This document shows, piece by piece, positions 12,257 to 23,243 of a DNA stretch of 64,000 bases. The DNA is from Lytechinus pictus. Taxonomy: Eukaryota. The notes under the pieces were generated by a model. The model ran no database searches. It saw nothing but the letters and a program-made list of their open reading frames with translations, and was not told the origin of the DNA. Position 1 is the stretch's first letter; every line of letters begins with the position of its first letter. The position numbers and the translations under genes are program-made. The stretch is taken from positions 1,180,001 through 1,244,000 of the forward strand of contig NW_026974140.1 in NCBI RefSeq assembly GCF_037042905.1. The letters run 5' to 3'.

Positions 12257-15178
12257 TTATGACATATTAGATTTAGATTTTTTGTATAGAGACTTAAATA
12301 CATCTAAGGATTGAGCATTTTGGAAATTTATCGGTAATTTATTCCATACTTTGGCACCGGCATATTTAAAAGATTGACAAAAGAGTTGAATATTAGGTTT
12401 TGGTGGTACAACATTAAGGGAGTTAGCATTACGAGTGTTTAATCCATGCCTGTCGAAGTACATTTCTATTTCATTGCATAATCGGGATGGGGCAAGACCG
12501 TGAACACATTGGTACATTAGGGTTGATAGAAAGTAGTCACGGCGATCATCAATCGTTTGCCAGGAAAGTTTGTCCATTAAATGAAGACCTGAATTTGTAT
12601 TATAATCATAGTTAAAGGTTACATGGCGGGCCGCTCTTTTTTGAAGTCTCAATAAGGGTAATTTCAGTTTGTTGGGGCAGTTGCCCCATACTGAGACACC
12701 ATAATCAAGGCATGGTTGTATGGACGATATGTATAAAGTATTAAGTAAAGTTTTGTTTAAAAATTTTGCTAATTTGCCAAGGTAGTAAATCTTGTAAGCA
12801 GTTGATTTGCATAAGTGTCTTAAATAGTCATTCCACTTTAAATTTTCATGTATAATAATGCCCAAATACCTGATAGAATGAACTTGCTCTATGAGTACAT
12901 TATCAATGTAGATATTAAGATTTTCTGTTGACTTTGTAGAAATTAACATTGTCTTCGTTTTACTAACATTTATCTTAAGACGATTCCTCTTATACCAGTT
13001 GTCTAGTGTGTTTATCGTATTTTGTAAATTTACAGTAACATTATTTATATTATCGCCAGTAACATAGATAACTACATCATCAGCATAAATAGAACATACA
13101 GCATTATTAAGGCCTTCTGATATATCATTAATAAATAATAAAAATAGAACAGGAGCAAGTACACTGCCCTGTGGTACCCCTACTGGTAATTCCTTTATAG
13201 AGGAGTTTTTACCTTTTGAAGAAACAAGTTGTTTTCTTTCAGTAATATAGTTAGAAAACCATTTTAATTCTTTGTCATAAATACCATATTTCTCTAGTTT
13301 AAGCAAGAGTATTTCATGATTAACACAGTCGAAACATTTAGAAATGTCAAGAAAGCATGAACCAATTAGTTCTTTATTGTTAAGAGCCTCGTGAAAATCA
13401 TCAATTACCCTGTGAAGGCAGTTGATAGTAGAATGGTGAGGGAGAAATGCATATTGATCGACATTGATCATATCGTTCTCTTTAAGATAGTTTAATAATT
13501 GCAATTGAACTTCTTTTTCTATCATTTTAGATATGTGGCATACTACAGATATAGGTCGATAGTTTGAAATGTCATCTTTGTTCCCCTTGCCCTTGTATAC
13601 AGGGGTAGTGCGGGCAATCTTCCAATCACAGGGTATGTCACCTGTGAACAGACTAGCATTAAAAATAGAACATAGAGATTCAAATATATAGGGAGCAGCA
13701 AGTCTTAGTAACTTAGTATCGAAATTCAGTATGTCGAGATGACTGCTAGTATCAAGACAACTCAAATAGTTAAGTATTTTCTTAGATTTAATTTGTTCAA
13801 TTTCAAAAGTTCGAATACATTTGGGGTGTTTCCAATCTAGAATGTATGAATTATCAAAACTCTTAGATATTTCTTTGCCTATATTAGTGAAATAATCATT
13901 TATAACATTGCAGTCAATATTACAACTTTCCGAGTTAACATTTTTATTTGTAACTTTTTGCAATTCTTTCCAAAGTGTTTTTGAGTCTGACTTATATTTA
14001 TGCATGATATCATTAAAATGCTTCTGTTTATTTTTTCTAATGAGATTAGTAATACGATTTCTCATTATACGATATTCTTTATTAATTTCATTTGAATATT
14101 GTAGATTAGATTTATTTTTTAAGTAGTCTCTTTTATAAATCATCTTCACAATATCAGGTGTGATCCAAGGGCATGTTTTATTCTTTACGCGAATTGTCTT
14201 GATAGGAGCATACTCATTACAAATATTGATAAATTCAACCTTCCATTCGTGCCATGCATCAGTTACAGATTGATTCTGATATTCATTTTTCCTAAGAATA
14301 TCCGATTTTTGAACGGCTGAGATAAATTTTTCTTCATCGAAGTGTTTATAATTACGAGAACGTTTGGTTTTGTGTTCATTAATGGTAGACTTAAAACTAA
14401 TACAAGTAAATACAAGATAATGATCACTTACACTTATTTTGGCAACATCACTAATGACATGTTTTTCAGGCATGGAGGATGAGATATGATCGATACATTT
14501 GGATGATGAAGACGTCACCCGAGTAGGTTTGTCTATCATTTGAGTAAGAGCAAAAAGATCTTCAATGAGATTAATAGGGTTAACACTGTCATTGATATCA
14601 TGTGTGGTAGGATAGTCAATATTTAGATCTCCAAGTATTAACATTTCTTTCGATTCAGATGAAGCCTTTTCAAATGTATCGACCATTCTTTCAAAATAAT
14701 CATTGTTTGCATCTGGAGGTCTGTATAAACAACATATAAGTATGTTTTCAGATGATGGTGCTTTTAAGTTCACCCAAATACTTTCAACAGTACTATCATT
14801 TAAATCATTTCGTTCGTCGATTGACAATGAGTTTTTGGCGAAAATGCACACACCCCCTCCACGGCGACCGTCAGCGCGGTCACGGCGGAATATGGAGTAC
14901 CCATCTATCAAAATTGAACTGTTTGGAATAAACGGAGTTAACCAAGTTTCAGTTATACAAAATACATCAAGATTAAGTTTGTTGATTAAAAATTTCAGTT
15001 CATCCATTTTATCAATCAAGCTGCAGGTATTTAGATGGGCGATTCTCAATCCTTTAGTTTGATTTAAGAGAACAGCACAACGATCATACTCATTTTTGTA
15101 AGAGTCAGATGAAATATTAAGTGTACTTGTCTCTTTGGAGTCTAAACTTTGATCGGCAATGTCATCTTGGCCGATGTT
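12257..15178 (-). CDS. LINE ORF2: AP endonuclease + reverse transcriptase; the frame is open from 15178 and has no ATG before the first APE motif
   Basis: APE motifs HLNTCSL, ITETW, YRPP, GDLN and SDH; RT motifs YRPISV, FLDISKCFD, GVPQGSVLAP, YADD and YLG. There are 43 further open codons upstream of the TTG used by the ORF track. Confidence 0.93.
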   Translation of the reverse strand, partial: NIGQDDIADQSLDSKETSTLNISSDSYKNEYDRCAVLLNQTKGLRIAHLNTCSLIDKMDELKFLINKLNLDVFCITETWLTPFIPNSSILIDGYSIFRRDRADGRRGGGVCIFAKNSLSIDERNDLNDSTVESIWVNLKAPSSENILICCLYRPPDANNDYFERMVDTFEKASSESKEMLILGDLNIDYPTTHDINDSVNPINLIEDLFALTQMIDKPTRVTSSSSKCIDHISSSMPEKHVISDVAKISVSDHYLVFTCISFKSTINEHKTKRSRNYKHFDEEKFISAVQKSDILRKNEYQNQSVTDAWHEWKVEFINICNEYAPIKTIRVKNKTCPWITPDIVKMIYKRDYLKNKSNLQYSNEINKEYRIMRNRITNLIRKNKQKHFNDIMHKYKSDSKTLWKELQKVTNKNVNSESCNIDCNVINDYFTNIGKEISKSFDNSYILDWKHPKCIRTFEIEQIKSKKILNYLSCLDTSSHLDILNFDTKLLRLAAPYIFESLCSIFNASLFTGDIPCDWKIARTTPVYKGKGNKDDISNYRPISVVCHISKMIEKEVQLQLLNYLKENDMINVDQYAFLPHHSTINCLHRVIDDFHEALNNKELIGSCFLDISKCFDCVNHEILLLKLEKYGIYDKELKWFSNYITERKQLVSSKGKNSSIKELPVGVPQGSVLAPVLFLLFINDISEGLNNAVCSIYADDVVIYVTGDNINNVTVNLQNTINTLDNWYKRNRLKINVSKTKTMLISTKSTENLNIYIDNVLIEQVHSIRYLGIIIHENLKWNDYLRHLCKSTAYKIYYLGKLAKFLNKTLLNTLYISSIQPCLDYGVSVWGNCPNKLKLPLLRLQKRAARHVTFNYDYNTNSGLHLMDKLSWQTIDDRRDYFLSTLMYQCVHGLAPSRLCNEIEMYFDRHGLNTRNANSLNVVPPKPNIQLFCQSFKYAGAKVWNKLPINFQNAQSLDVFKSLYKKSKSNMS

Positions 15179-16705
15179 CTATGAATTATTCCATCTACAG
15201 AGTTTAGCTTTATGTCCAAGTTTATGGCAGTTAAAGCATTCGATTTCTTGACCGAAGCGGCAGTTTTCTTTCTTATGGTTTCTTTCACCGCAGAAGTAGC
15301 ACCCAGAGTATTCGCCATTGTGTTGCATCGAGCGTTGTGTACGTTGCCATGGTTCGGTGGGTCGCTTGTCAAACTCAAGTGGGCGTGGCACATAAGGCAA
15401 CGGTGGTATCCCGGAACGCATCCGATCGTTACGAGACATAGGGTTTCCGATCACAGCAATATCAGCGTAATTAGGATTATCAGTAGAAGTTTTAACATAG
15501 GTGCTTTTCAGTGGTACTGTTATATCTGAAGATGAGATTCCATTGACATGTTGAAACAGATTTCCGGCAAATACAGAAGCACCTTTCGCATTTAGATGCA
15601 CTCCATCTATACTTAAATGATTTGACTCATCAATATTATCATTGTTGATGTAATTCCAACCATTATTTTCAGCTACTTTAAGTAGAAGACTATTTGCAAG
15701 GTTAATCTTCTCCATAGTTTCACGTTGATTTAGCCTTCTATTTATGATAGAGCTGATGGTAATTGTGGTAACCATTGGGCGTTTCGAAAGTATTTGTGAA
15801 CCCAAAGATTCTACCTTCGTTGCAATGCACATAGCATCGTTAATAGGAATGTTATTACCACCAATATGGAGGATAACTTTTTTTACATTATGCTTGTTAG
15901 CAAGGGATTCTGTTGGAACAAAAAGGTCATCGATCTTAGCTCCACTAATAGTTTTACAGATGACCTTTATGGAACTGGACAAGTTTGATGGTTTGATTGG
16001 TTTTAGCATTGAGTCACCGATAATTAGTGTGTTGGCTTTCATTCTCTCCTTGTTTTGTTCAATGTGCTTTAGTCGTAGACATTCTTTCTGATGCTTTTCT
16101 CTGTAGTCAGATAGTTGATCTGATTGGGACTTTGTACTAACAATCAAGAGATCATCTCCATTGTCCTCTAAGAGTAGATGAAAGGGGTTATTGACATCTC
16201 CACCGGGTACATAGGTAGGAGATTTGATGGGATCTTGATTTTGATTGTCTTTATCAGCTTCGTCGGCAATGTTGTTAATACGTTCATTGTCAAGAGATGA
16301 ATGAGCAGATAATAATGAGTCAATACATGAGGACAGGGATTTAACTTGACTTTGCAATTCTCTCAGCTTCGTATTTAGTTCAGAGCAATGACAAACTCTA
16401 TTGGGAGTAGATATATCATTATCTGGTCGTTGATCCAAAGCATTTTCAGATGATTCAACATGGCGGCTCTCAATCTCATGTTTTGCGAAATGATGACATA
16501 TGTCTTTATTCAAATGTGGAAATGTAGAACATAAAGTTTCATAAATGTATTGAGATTTTCCAACACTCTCATTCTCAACAGTATGTCGGAAAGCATTTTC
16601 AAAGTATTTCACTGTTCTTTCCAGACTGGTCTTTGTGACATATTTTGGTAACTTGTAACGAAAGTTGTTTGTACCCGGCGTTTCTGAGCATTCATTTGTT
16701 TTCAT
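15179..16705 (-). CDS. LINE ORF1: coiled coil + SGNH/GDSL esterase domain + two CCHC zinc knuckles
   Basis: Esterase blocks IIGDSML, ISGA, LHIGGNNI and DGVHLN. CYFCGERNHKKENC and CFNCHKLGHKAKLC both fit CX2CX4HX4C. Confidence 0.88.
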   Translation of the reverse strand: MKTNECSETPGTNNFRYKLPKYVTKTSLERTVKYFENAFRHTVENESVGKSQYIYETLCSTFPHLNKDICHHFAKHEIESRHVESSENALDQRPDNDISTPNRVCHCSELNTKLRELQSQVKSLSSCIDSLLSAHSSLDNERINNIADEADKDNQNQDPIKSPTYVPGGDVNNPFHLLLEDNGDDLLIVSTKSQSDQLSDYREKHQKECLRLKHIEQNKERMKANTLIIGDSMLKPIKPSNLSSSIKVICKTISGAKIDDLFVPTESLANKHNVKKVILHIGGNNIPINDAMCIATKVESLGSQILSKRPMVTTITISSIINRRLNQRETMEKINLANSLLLKVAENNGWNYINNDNIDESNHLSIDGVHLNAKGASVFAGNLFQHVNGISSSDITVPLKSTYVKTSTDNPNYADIAVIGNPMSRNDRMRSGIPPLPYVPRPLEFDKRPTEPWQRTQRSMQHNGEYSGCYFCGERNHKKENCRFGQEIECFNCHKLGHKAKLCRWNNS

Positions 16706-17269
16706 GATAACGTAATAATGAGTTTATGGGATGTAATATGATCAGTCAAAAAGATCTTAGGCAGTTTAAGTGTTATAAAACCGCTCAAATAGAGTAGGAT
16801 ATCGCAATCAGTACGTTACCAAAGTATGACGGGCTCCTCGTTGGAGTGTGAAGTGAGATCATGACATTCAGGTACACAGCTGGGACTACCACGTAGAACT
16901 GCACTGACAATCCAAACGGGGTAACATATTTGAAATATATCCTTCTATGATATGATTTGAGCAAAAATTTTCTCCAACTTCAATATTAGTTGTATATGAA
17001 AAAAAAAAAAAAAAAAAAAAATTATTTGGTTGAATATCAAGTTGCGCGTGATTTTTAGAGTTGCGATTGATTGCAACTCTTTCTGCAACGGGCCCCAGAT
17101 CTGCATTTAGTGCAGATAAGGAAAAAATCAGCTCGCATTACCTACAGCTGATTAAATCACAAGTTCATCCATTGTTGACGTCAGCGCGCAGACCATGATG
17201 CGCACAAACATAACTGTGGAACGTCCTTAAATGCCGACGCGTATACATGTATGAAATTGGGTTTATTAA

Positions 17270-17540
17270 AAAAAAATTGGATTGACAACCGATTAAGTGC
17301 ATTAGTTATTTACTGCCGCAACTTATTATACATGTATGACTTCACGTAATAACGTCCAAATAACCTAATGAATATTCATGACGATGTGCATATGACTGTT
17401 TTCACAAAATATTGATATTTTATTTAAAATTCAAAAACTTCGATATATGTTATCCGATTTTGATAATATTTTCAGCTTTTTGCTCTGTGAATTTTACTCT
17501 ATTTAGATATAAATGTTTTCAGCCCGGACCATCCTTTTAA
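17270..17540. mobile_element. Partial TTAA-flanked MITE (Kolobok/piggyBac-like), same family as 53148-53734
   Basis: Right end ...TTTCAGCCCGGACCATCCTTTTAA; shares ATGAATATTCATGACGATGT and TGTGAATTTTACTCTATTT with the copy at 53 kb. Confidence 0.65.
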
Positions 17541-18492
17541 TGAAATTTGTGTTTCGACTATTTGAAATGCTCACTTTCATTTCTGACACAGCAATAAATG
17601 CCCACGTTTATAACATATGTGTAATCCTACTCTGTTTACTATTTAGAAAAAAATGGTCAGTTTATTAATGATTTCAAGCCAATGGCGTAAAAAGGGGACT
17701 CTGGCTCTAGTCCCTTCAAAGTTCAAAAACCTGAAGAAAAAAATCAAATTAGAAAGAAAGAAAAAGAAATTGAGAAGAGAAAGGGTTCAATTAGTCATTT
17801 CTTTTTTTCATATGTGCGCAAGGTACCACTTGGTACAAGTAGGTGCAGTACCCCGGAGGAAGGCGTGTACCCCCATAAGATGATAATATAGGTTTTCCCG
17901 CTCAATTTCAGATTCAAATCATTTAATTTATTGTTATGATCATTTGATTTCGCGAATCGCGATACCATGATCGCTAAGGCAATTTGTCATTGTATTTAAT
18001 AATTTGTCACTTGAACGTATTTTCCGCGCAATACACATTTAATTATCAAACAAGTCACTAGAATTCAGATAAACAGCATGCACTTTCATTAATTCGAAAA
18101 GATAATATTTTTCCTAATCATTATTTCCGCAAAAACCTTCTTCAAGTGAATCACTTGATTTTTTTACAAAGAACATGCAATTTGAGAAATGGCATTCAAA
18201 ATCAGATGTTGCAATGCGTGGCAGCTGTTTAGTAAAATGAATTCGCGTATAGGTAAGCATGATTTAAATGATTAGTAAATTTAATTTTAGATGTTTAGCG
18301 ACAACTAATTTGAAATCATGGTGATTATTCGGCGATTGCATTTTATGTACAGACCTACTTTTCATGTTAGTATTATTTGAAATAATGTTCTGAAATGAAA
18401 TGGAATATTTTTTTCGATAAAGCACCGGCTGATGGAGCTAACCCTTCCAAATCCGCCATGCTTGGCATACAGAGGATCGCCCATGAATCATA

Positions 18493-20545
18493 ATTCAATT
18501 CAATTCAATTCAAAATGGTTTCTTAAAAATACTTTTTTGCGGCAAAAGCCGAATTGCAAAAGTTTACATTTCAAACAAAATCATTAATAACAAGGTAAAA
18601 TTAACTTATTGTACTACGAACTAATTTCAATATAGGCATATATGTAACAAAGTATATCATAAATAAATTCAAATCGATACACACTGATCAAATATGAAAA
18701 TATGCAAAATATATGTGAATAAACCTAATGTGTTACAATGATCATTATAGATTTTCTCGTTTGTAAGAAATATGTCAATTTAAACCTGATATTAGATTGT
18801 AGAAAATAATACAAGAATGTGAGTTAAGTGAGTGTGTTTGTAAAGAGAGACAGACAGAACTGAGAGATGGAATTTGATATGTAGAAGTAAAAGAGAAAAG
18901 CAAGAAAAAGGAAGGGAGCGGGAGATAGAAGAAAAAAAGCGAAAGAGAATAGGGAGAAGGAGAGAGGGAGAGAGGAGGGATCACACCCGGCTATGCTGAA
19001 TAATGTGCTAATGATTTGTGTGACAAATGGCAAGGCATGATAACTTAGAATTATAAAAATTACATGCATATAATGTTCACATTTATTAGATAAGAATAAA
19101 TTCATCCAAACTGATATGAGTGGATACAGGAAATGAATTGGAAAGCAGATAGGAATAGAAATAGTGGAAGAGAGGCAGAGAGAGAGGGAGAGAAGAGAAT
19201 AAATTGATGGTGGAAGGGAACCAGAGAGAAAAGGGCGAAGAAGCAATTAGGTCAAATTGTTTCATACATACTGCAATAATACATTTTTGGGCAATTTTTG
19301 TGATTTCAATTAAAACTTTAAGTTTATGGATCAGTGAATAATTGCTCATATGAACGAAAAATATTTTGATTAACAAAGTAAAATCAAATGAAATTTGAGT
19401 TCGCCAACATAAAAAAAACTCAACATTAGAATTATTATGTAATCTGCATTTTACAAAAACAACAATCTTTTAATTATATTACATTTAAAGAGTCCAATGA
19501 ATGATGAGTTCTTGACTTCTCAGCCATACCTATGTTTATATTATAATGCATGTAACGATAGGGGAAGATATATACCAAAAAAAACTACTCCTTGTAATCA
19601 ATTCTTTTAGAGTTAAGGTGCCGAATCAACGAGGGAAAGGGCTATTTCTATATCGTGAAGTTCGACATCGCATCTTTACTATTCCGGTCGAGCTTCTAGT
19701 CTGATATTGACAAATCCTATTGTGAGGTAGAAGATGATACAGTTTAGACGTGGTGATATTCATAGACTTCGCAAACGCAAGACAGAGTTTGACCCGTCTA
19801 TCTTCAAGAGACATCAGTTTTGACTTGCGTAAAGCATGTTCATATGAAGAATATGCTGCCCCAAGAATGATTCTAAGGGCACGTTTCTGAATACGTTCGA
19901 TGACTTGTGTGCTCGTTGTTTTGTTAGAGCTGCTGACCATACAGGTACAGCATATTCAACAACTGGTCTTACGAAACTAGTATATACAACTATAAGGTCC
20001 TGAAATGACAGACTATGATATTTCAAAGTGCGAAGAACATATAAACGACTATTTGCGCGCTTGACCACAAATTATATTCAACATGTGTAGACCATTTCAA
20101 ATCCGACTGGATATAGACGCCAAGTAATTTCAAAGTATTGCTACGATGCAGAGACACATCCTGTAGTGAGAGCACCCTCGGGTTTGGTACATTTCTATAA
20201 AAACTTACGTCCATTGTGGAACACTTTTGTAAATTCAAACGCATTCCATTTGCGGTTGACCATTCATGTAGTTCAGTAAGTGCAGACAAGAGTGTTGACG
20301 GTGCTCTCACAGGACGGGTCTCACCAAAGGTGAGGTCATCAACGTATTTGAAATGATCTACACATGTCATTGGTCCTTACAAAACTGAGTTCATTGGCTG
20401 CAGCGTCGCTTACCAAGGCCAGAAACACAACCGTGCCTTATTTCGTGCCCTGGGGTACGCCCGCTGAAGTGATACACCAATTCGACAGAGCTTCTTTATA
20501 TTTCACCCTTTGATTGCGCTCTGAAAGAAAGTTCTCGATCCACGC
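18493..20545 (-). pseudogene. 5'-truncated, frameshifted non-LTR retrotransposon (CR1/Rex-like RT C-terminal half, 3' UTR and tail)
   Basis: GVPQGTK (~20445), KYVDDLT, LLGVYI, EYAVPVW, IERIQKRALRII and RYRNSP are spread over shifting frames. A (TTGAA)n tail on - lies at ~18493-18512; linking it to the RT is inferred. Confidence 0.8.
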
Positions 20546-21072
20546 CACATGCACACAAAAAACGAGAACTATTTTCCATGAGTAAAATTGTTTTTTACAT
20601 AAAGAATTAAGTGCAAAAATTCGTAACGTATGTGTTTTTACTCGAGAATCTGGGTTTCTGTTACACCTGATCTTTTTTTCAAGGACATTACTTATTAACT
20701 ACTTTTCTTGAGTATCCCTGTCAGTGAAAGTATGTAAAACAATCCGTACAAATGAGTTTTTCTTCAAGTTTGTAAGGTATGATAGCAGAACGGGTGAAAA
20801 AACTCACAGCCAGGTAAAGCGATAATCTGACGATTAACTGCGCTGAGAAAAAGAGTAGTATATGACTCTTGTATGTGAGTTTTGGGGTGTTGAGATCATG
20901 CATCCAAGTACTTTTACTCGGATCTCGCGTTAATTGCTTGCGCGCACACGTGATACCGGCCAAATGTGCAGAGCATGAAGACTTTTCTGGTAAGTTCTAC
21001 ATGTCTTTTTATTTATTTTCCCCCTTTTCTTCTATAATTACTTTTCTTGACAATAATAGCTTAGACCTATGT

Positions 21073-21378
21073 GGGGCGTTGTGGCCCAGTGGAATAGTCT
21101 TCTGACTGTGAAACAGAAGGTCGTAGGTTCGAATCCCAGCCATGGCGTAATTTCCTTCAGCAAGAAATTTATCCGCACTGTGCTGCACTCAACCCATGTG
21201 AGGTGAATGGGTACCCGGTAGGATGCCTTCCTTTGGGCGCCTAGGCAGCCTAGCCAAAGCCGGGGTAATAGTAATAGAAGGGCCTGCTGCGAGAACAGTT
21301 TTCAGAACTGAAGTGGCTTCCCTTTAATACCGATATTATTATTATTGATATTATTATTATTATTATTATTATTATTAT
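21073..21378 (+). mobile_element. tRNA-derived SINE, copy 1
   Basis: A box TGGCCCAGTGG, B box GGTTCGAATCC, central AATGGGTACC motif, LINE-like 3' end and (ATT)n tail. Confidence 0.85.
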
Positions 21379-22155
21379 GTCTTAATAGGCCTATATCAAA
21401 TTCCCAAAAGTTTGAGCTCGTGATTCGCTCACAAAAATGCCCTTTTAACAGTAATCAGGTCCATAATTGACCAAAAAGCGAGTTTTACAAATTCAGATTT
21501 GATTTCTTTTTTTTCCAAACCGCTTGCTCGCTACGCCTCCTCGCGAAAAATAAAACCTAAATATATATCTTATTAATCAGAAATCAATTAAAATAACTTT
21601 GCTCAACTTATTTACTACAAAACACACAAATTCTTTACACAGATGATAATCTGATGGTGAAAATATCCGTTTGCACCAAAATGCCCGTTTTGGCATATAA
21701 GTGCACCTTTTTGGCTTTACTAGTTTCCAACGTTGTGCCATTGTCGACCGTCCAACAAATCTCCAACAAACTAGTTTCCAACTTTATCAACGTTTTGCCA
21801 TTGTCGGTTGTTCAACAACTTTCCAGCGAACTAGTTTCCAACGTTGTGCCTTTGCTGGCTGTTCAACAACTATCCAATCAAACGTGTTTCCAACGTTGTG
21901 ACATTTTCGACTGTCCAACAACTCTCCAACTAACAAGTTTCCAACGTTGCCAACGTCGTGTCATTGTTGATTGTCCATCATCTTTCCATCAAACTAGTTT
22001 CCAACGTCGATTCAACGTTAATCTATCAAGTTTTTCCAACGTCCAACGACTTTCCAGTTTCCAACGTAGAGCCAACGTTGGCTTGTTACCTGGGAATGAT
22101 ACCTGAAAGGTTGCCGATGTATTTCCACAGTAAGGTATATGTGTTCCCGCACACA

Positions 22156-22470
22156 TTCGTTATTCCGAAGCTACGTTATTCCAAAGGTTCGGATATTCCG
22201 AAGGTTCGTATTTCCAAAGGTTCAGATTTCCGAAGGTTCGTTAGTCCGAAAACGAAATGAGGTTCGTAATTCCGAAGGTTCGTTAATCCGAAAACGAAAT
22301 GAGGTTCGTAATTCCGAAGGTTCGTTAGTCCGAAAACGAAATGAGGTTCGTAATTCCGAAGGTTCGTTAGTCCGAAAACGAAATGAGGTTCGTAATTCCG
22401 AAGGTTTGTTACTCCGAAAGCGAAATGAGGTTCGTTAATCCGAAAATTAAATAAGGTTCATATTTCCGAA
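22156..22470. repeat. 42-bp minisatellite TTCCGAAGGTTCGTTAGTCCGAAAACGAAATGAGGTTCGTAA (second copy ~24023-24312); probably one end of a MULE-like element
   Basis: Tandem units are directly visible; the 14-aa periodic translation NSEGSLVRKRNEVR confirms the 42-bp period. Confidence 0.8.
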
Positions 22471-22949
22471 AATGAAATTAATTCATTTTGGTAACAAGAA
22501 TCGTGTTTTCCTTAGAAGATAACATGATATTATGCAATAGAAGTAATAACAAACGATGATACATGTGTGTATTGTGGCCAAAGCATGTATTGCATTAAGA
22601 ATAGGCGCCAGGATCAAGCATAGGCTTCATTTCGATTTTATCTGAGCAATTGCTGCCTAAGAAAATGGTTTAAAGATGCAGGGGATTAAGTAAGTTGGTC
22701 GCCTTCGAGTAACCTTTAGATAATAGGATTCGTATTGGAGGGGATGTCATTTTTAATAAGAGCTTCTGCTGCTAATAAAAATAAAAATAATACTAATGAT
22801 GATCATAATAATCCAAACGATGATCATAATGAAAATGGTAATAAAGAAAATAAATGTTAATACAATTTTGTTGATCGTTACGCCTAGTGTTAACAATGCC
22901 AATTTGTTTTCATGATTACAAAAAATGCTCGGAATGTTTATTTTTATGT

Positions 22950-23243
22950 GGGGCGTTGTGGCCCAGTGGATTAGTCTTCTGACTGTGAAACAGAGGGTCG
23001 TAGGTTCGAATCCCAGCCATGGCGTAATTTCCTTCAGCAAGAAATTTATCCGCACTGTGCTGCACTCAACCCATGTGAGGTGAATGGGTACCCGGTAGGA
23101 TGCCTTCCTTTGGGCGCCTAGGCAGCCTAGCCAAAGCCGGGGTAATAGTAATAGAAGGGCCTGCTGCGAGAACAGTTTTCAGAACTGAAGTGGCTTCCCT
23201 TTAATACCAATATTATTATTATTGATATTATTATTATTATTAT
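22950..23243 (+). mobile_element. tRNA-derived SINE, copy 2
   Basis: Near-identical to copy 1. Confidence 0.85.

Larger units (their letters stand above)
11849..16900 (-). mobile_element. Apparently full-length L2/CR1-group non-LTR retrotransposon (5' boundary approximate)
   Basis: Two uninterrupted ORFs, a 3' UTR with a terminal stem-loop at ~11890-11945, and a (TAAA)n tail at ~11849-11880. Confidence 0.9.
11774..17095. mobile_element. Short Harbinger-type MITE split by a LINE insertion
   Basis: TIRs GGGTCCGTTGCAGAAAGAGTTGC (11774) and GCAACTCTTTCTGCAACGGGCCC (ending 17095); TSD CAG at 11771-11773 and 17096-17098. Confidence 0.85.

Noticed and set aside
14703..16091. Plus-strand ORFs overlapping the LINE
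   Set aside because: Antisense shadows of the LINE ORFs with no motifs.
18775..19376. Hydrophobic Leu/Ser/Phe-rich ORFs on -
   Set aside because: They arise from a GA-rich low-complexity tract.
21073..21145. tRNA-like sequence with A and B boxes
   Set aside because: It continues into a SINE body and tail and is repeated three times; a SINE head rather than a tRNA gene.
22200..22440. Regularly spaced repeats that superficially resemble a CRISPR array (also 36130-37200)
   Set aside because: No unique spacers, no cas genes, and a eukaryotic context; these are minisatellites.
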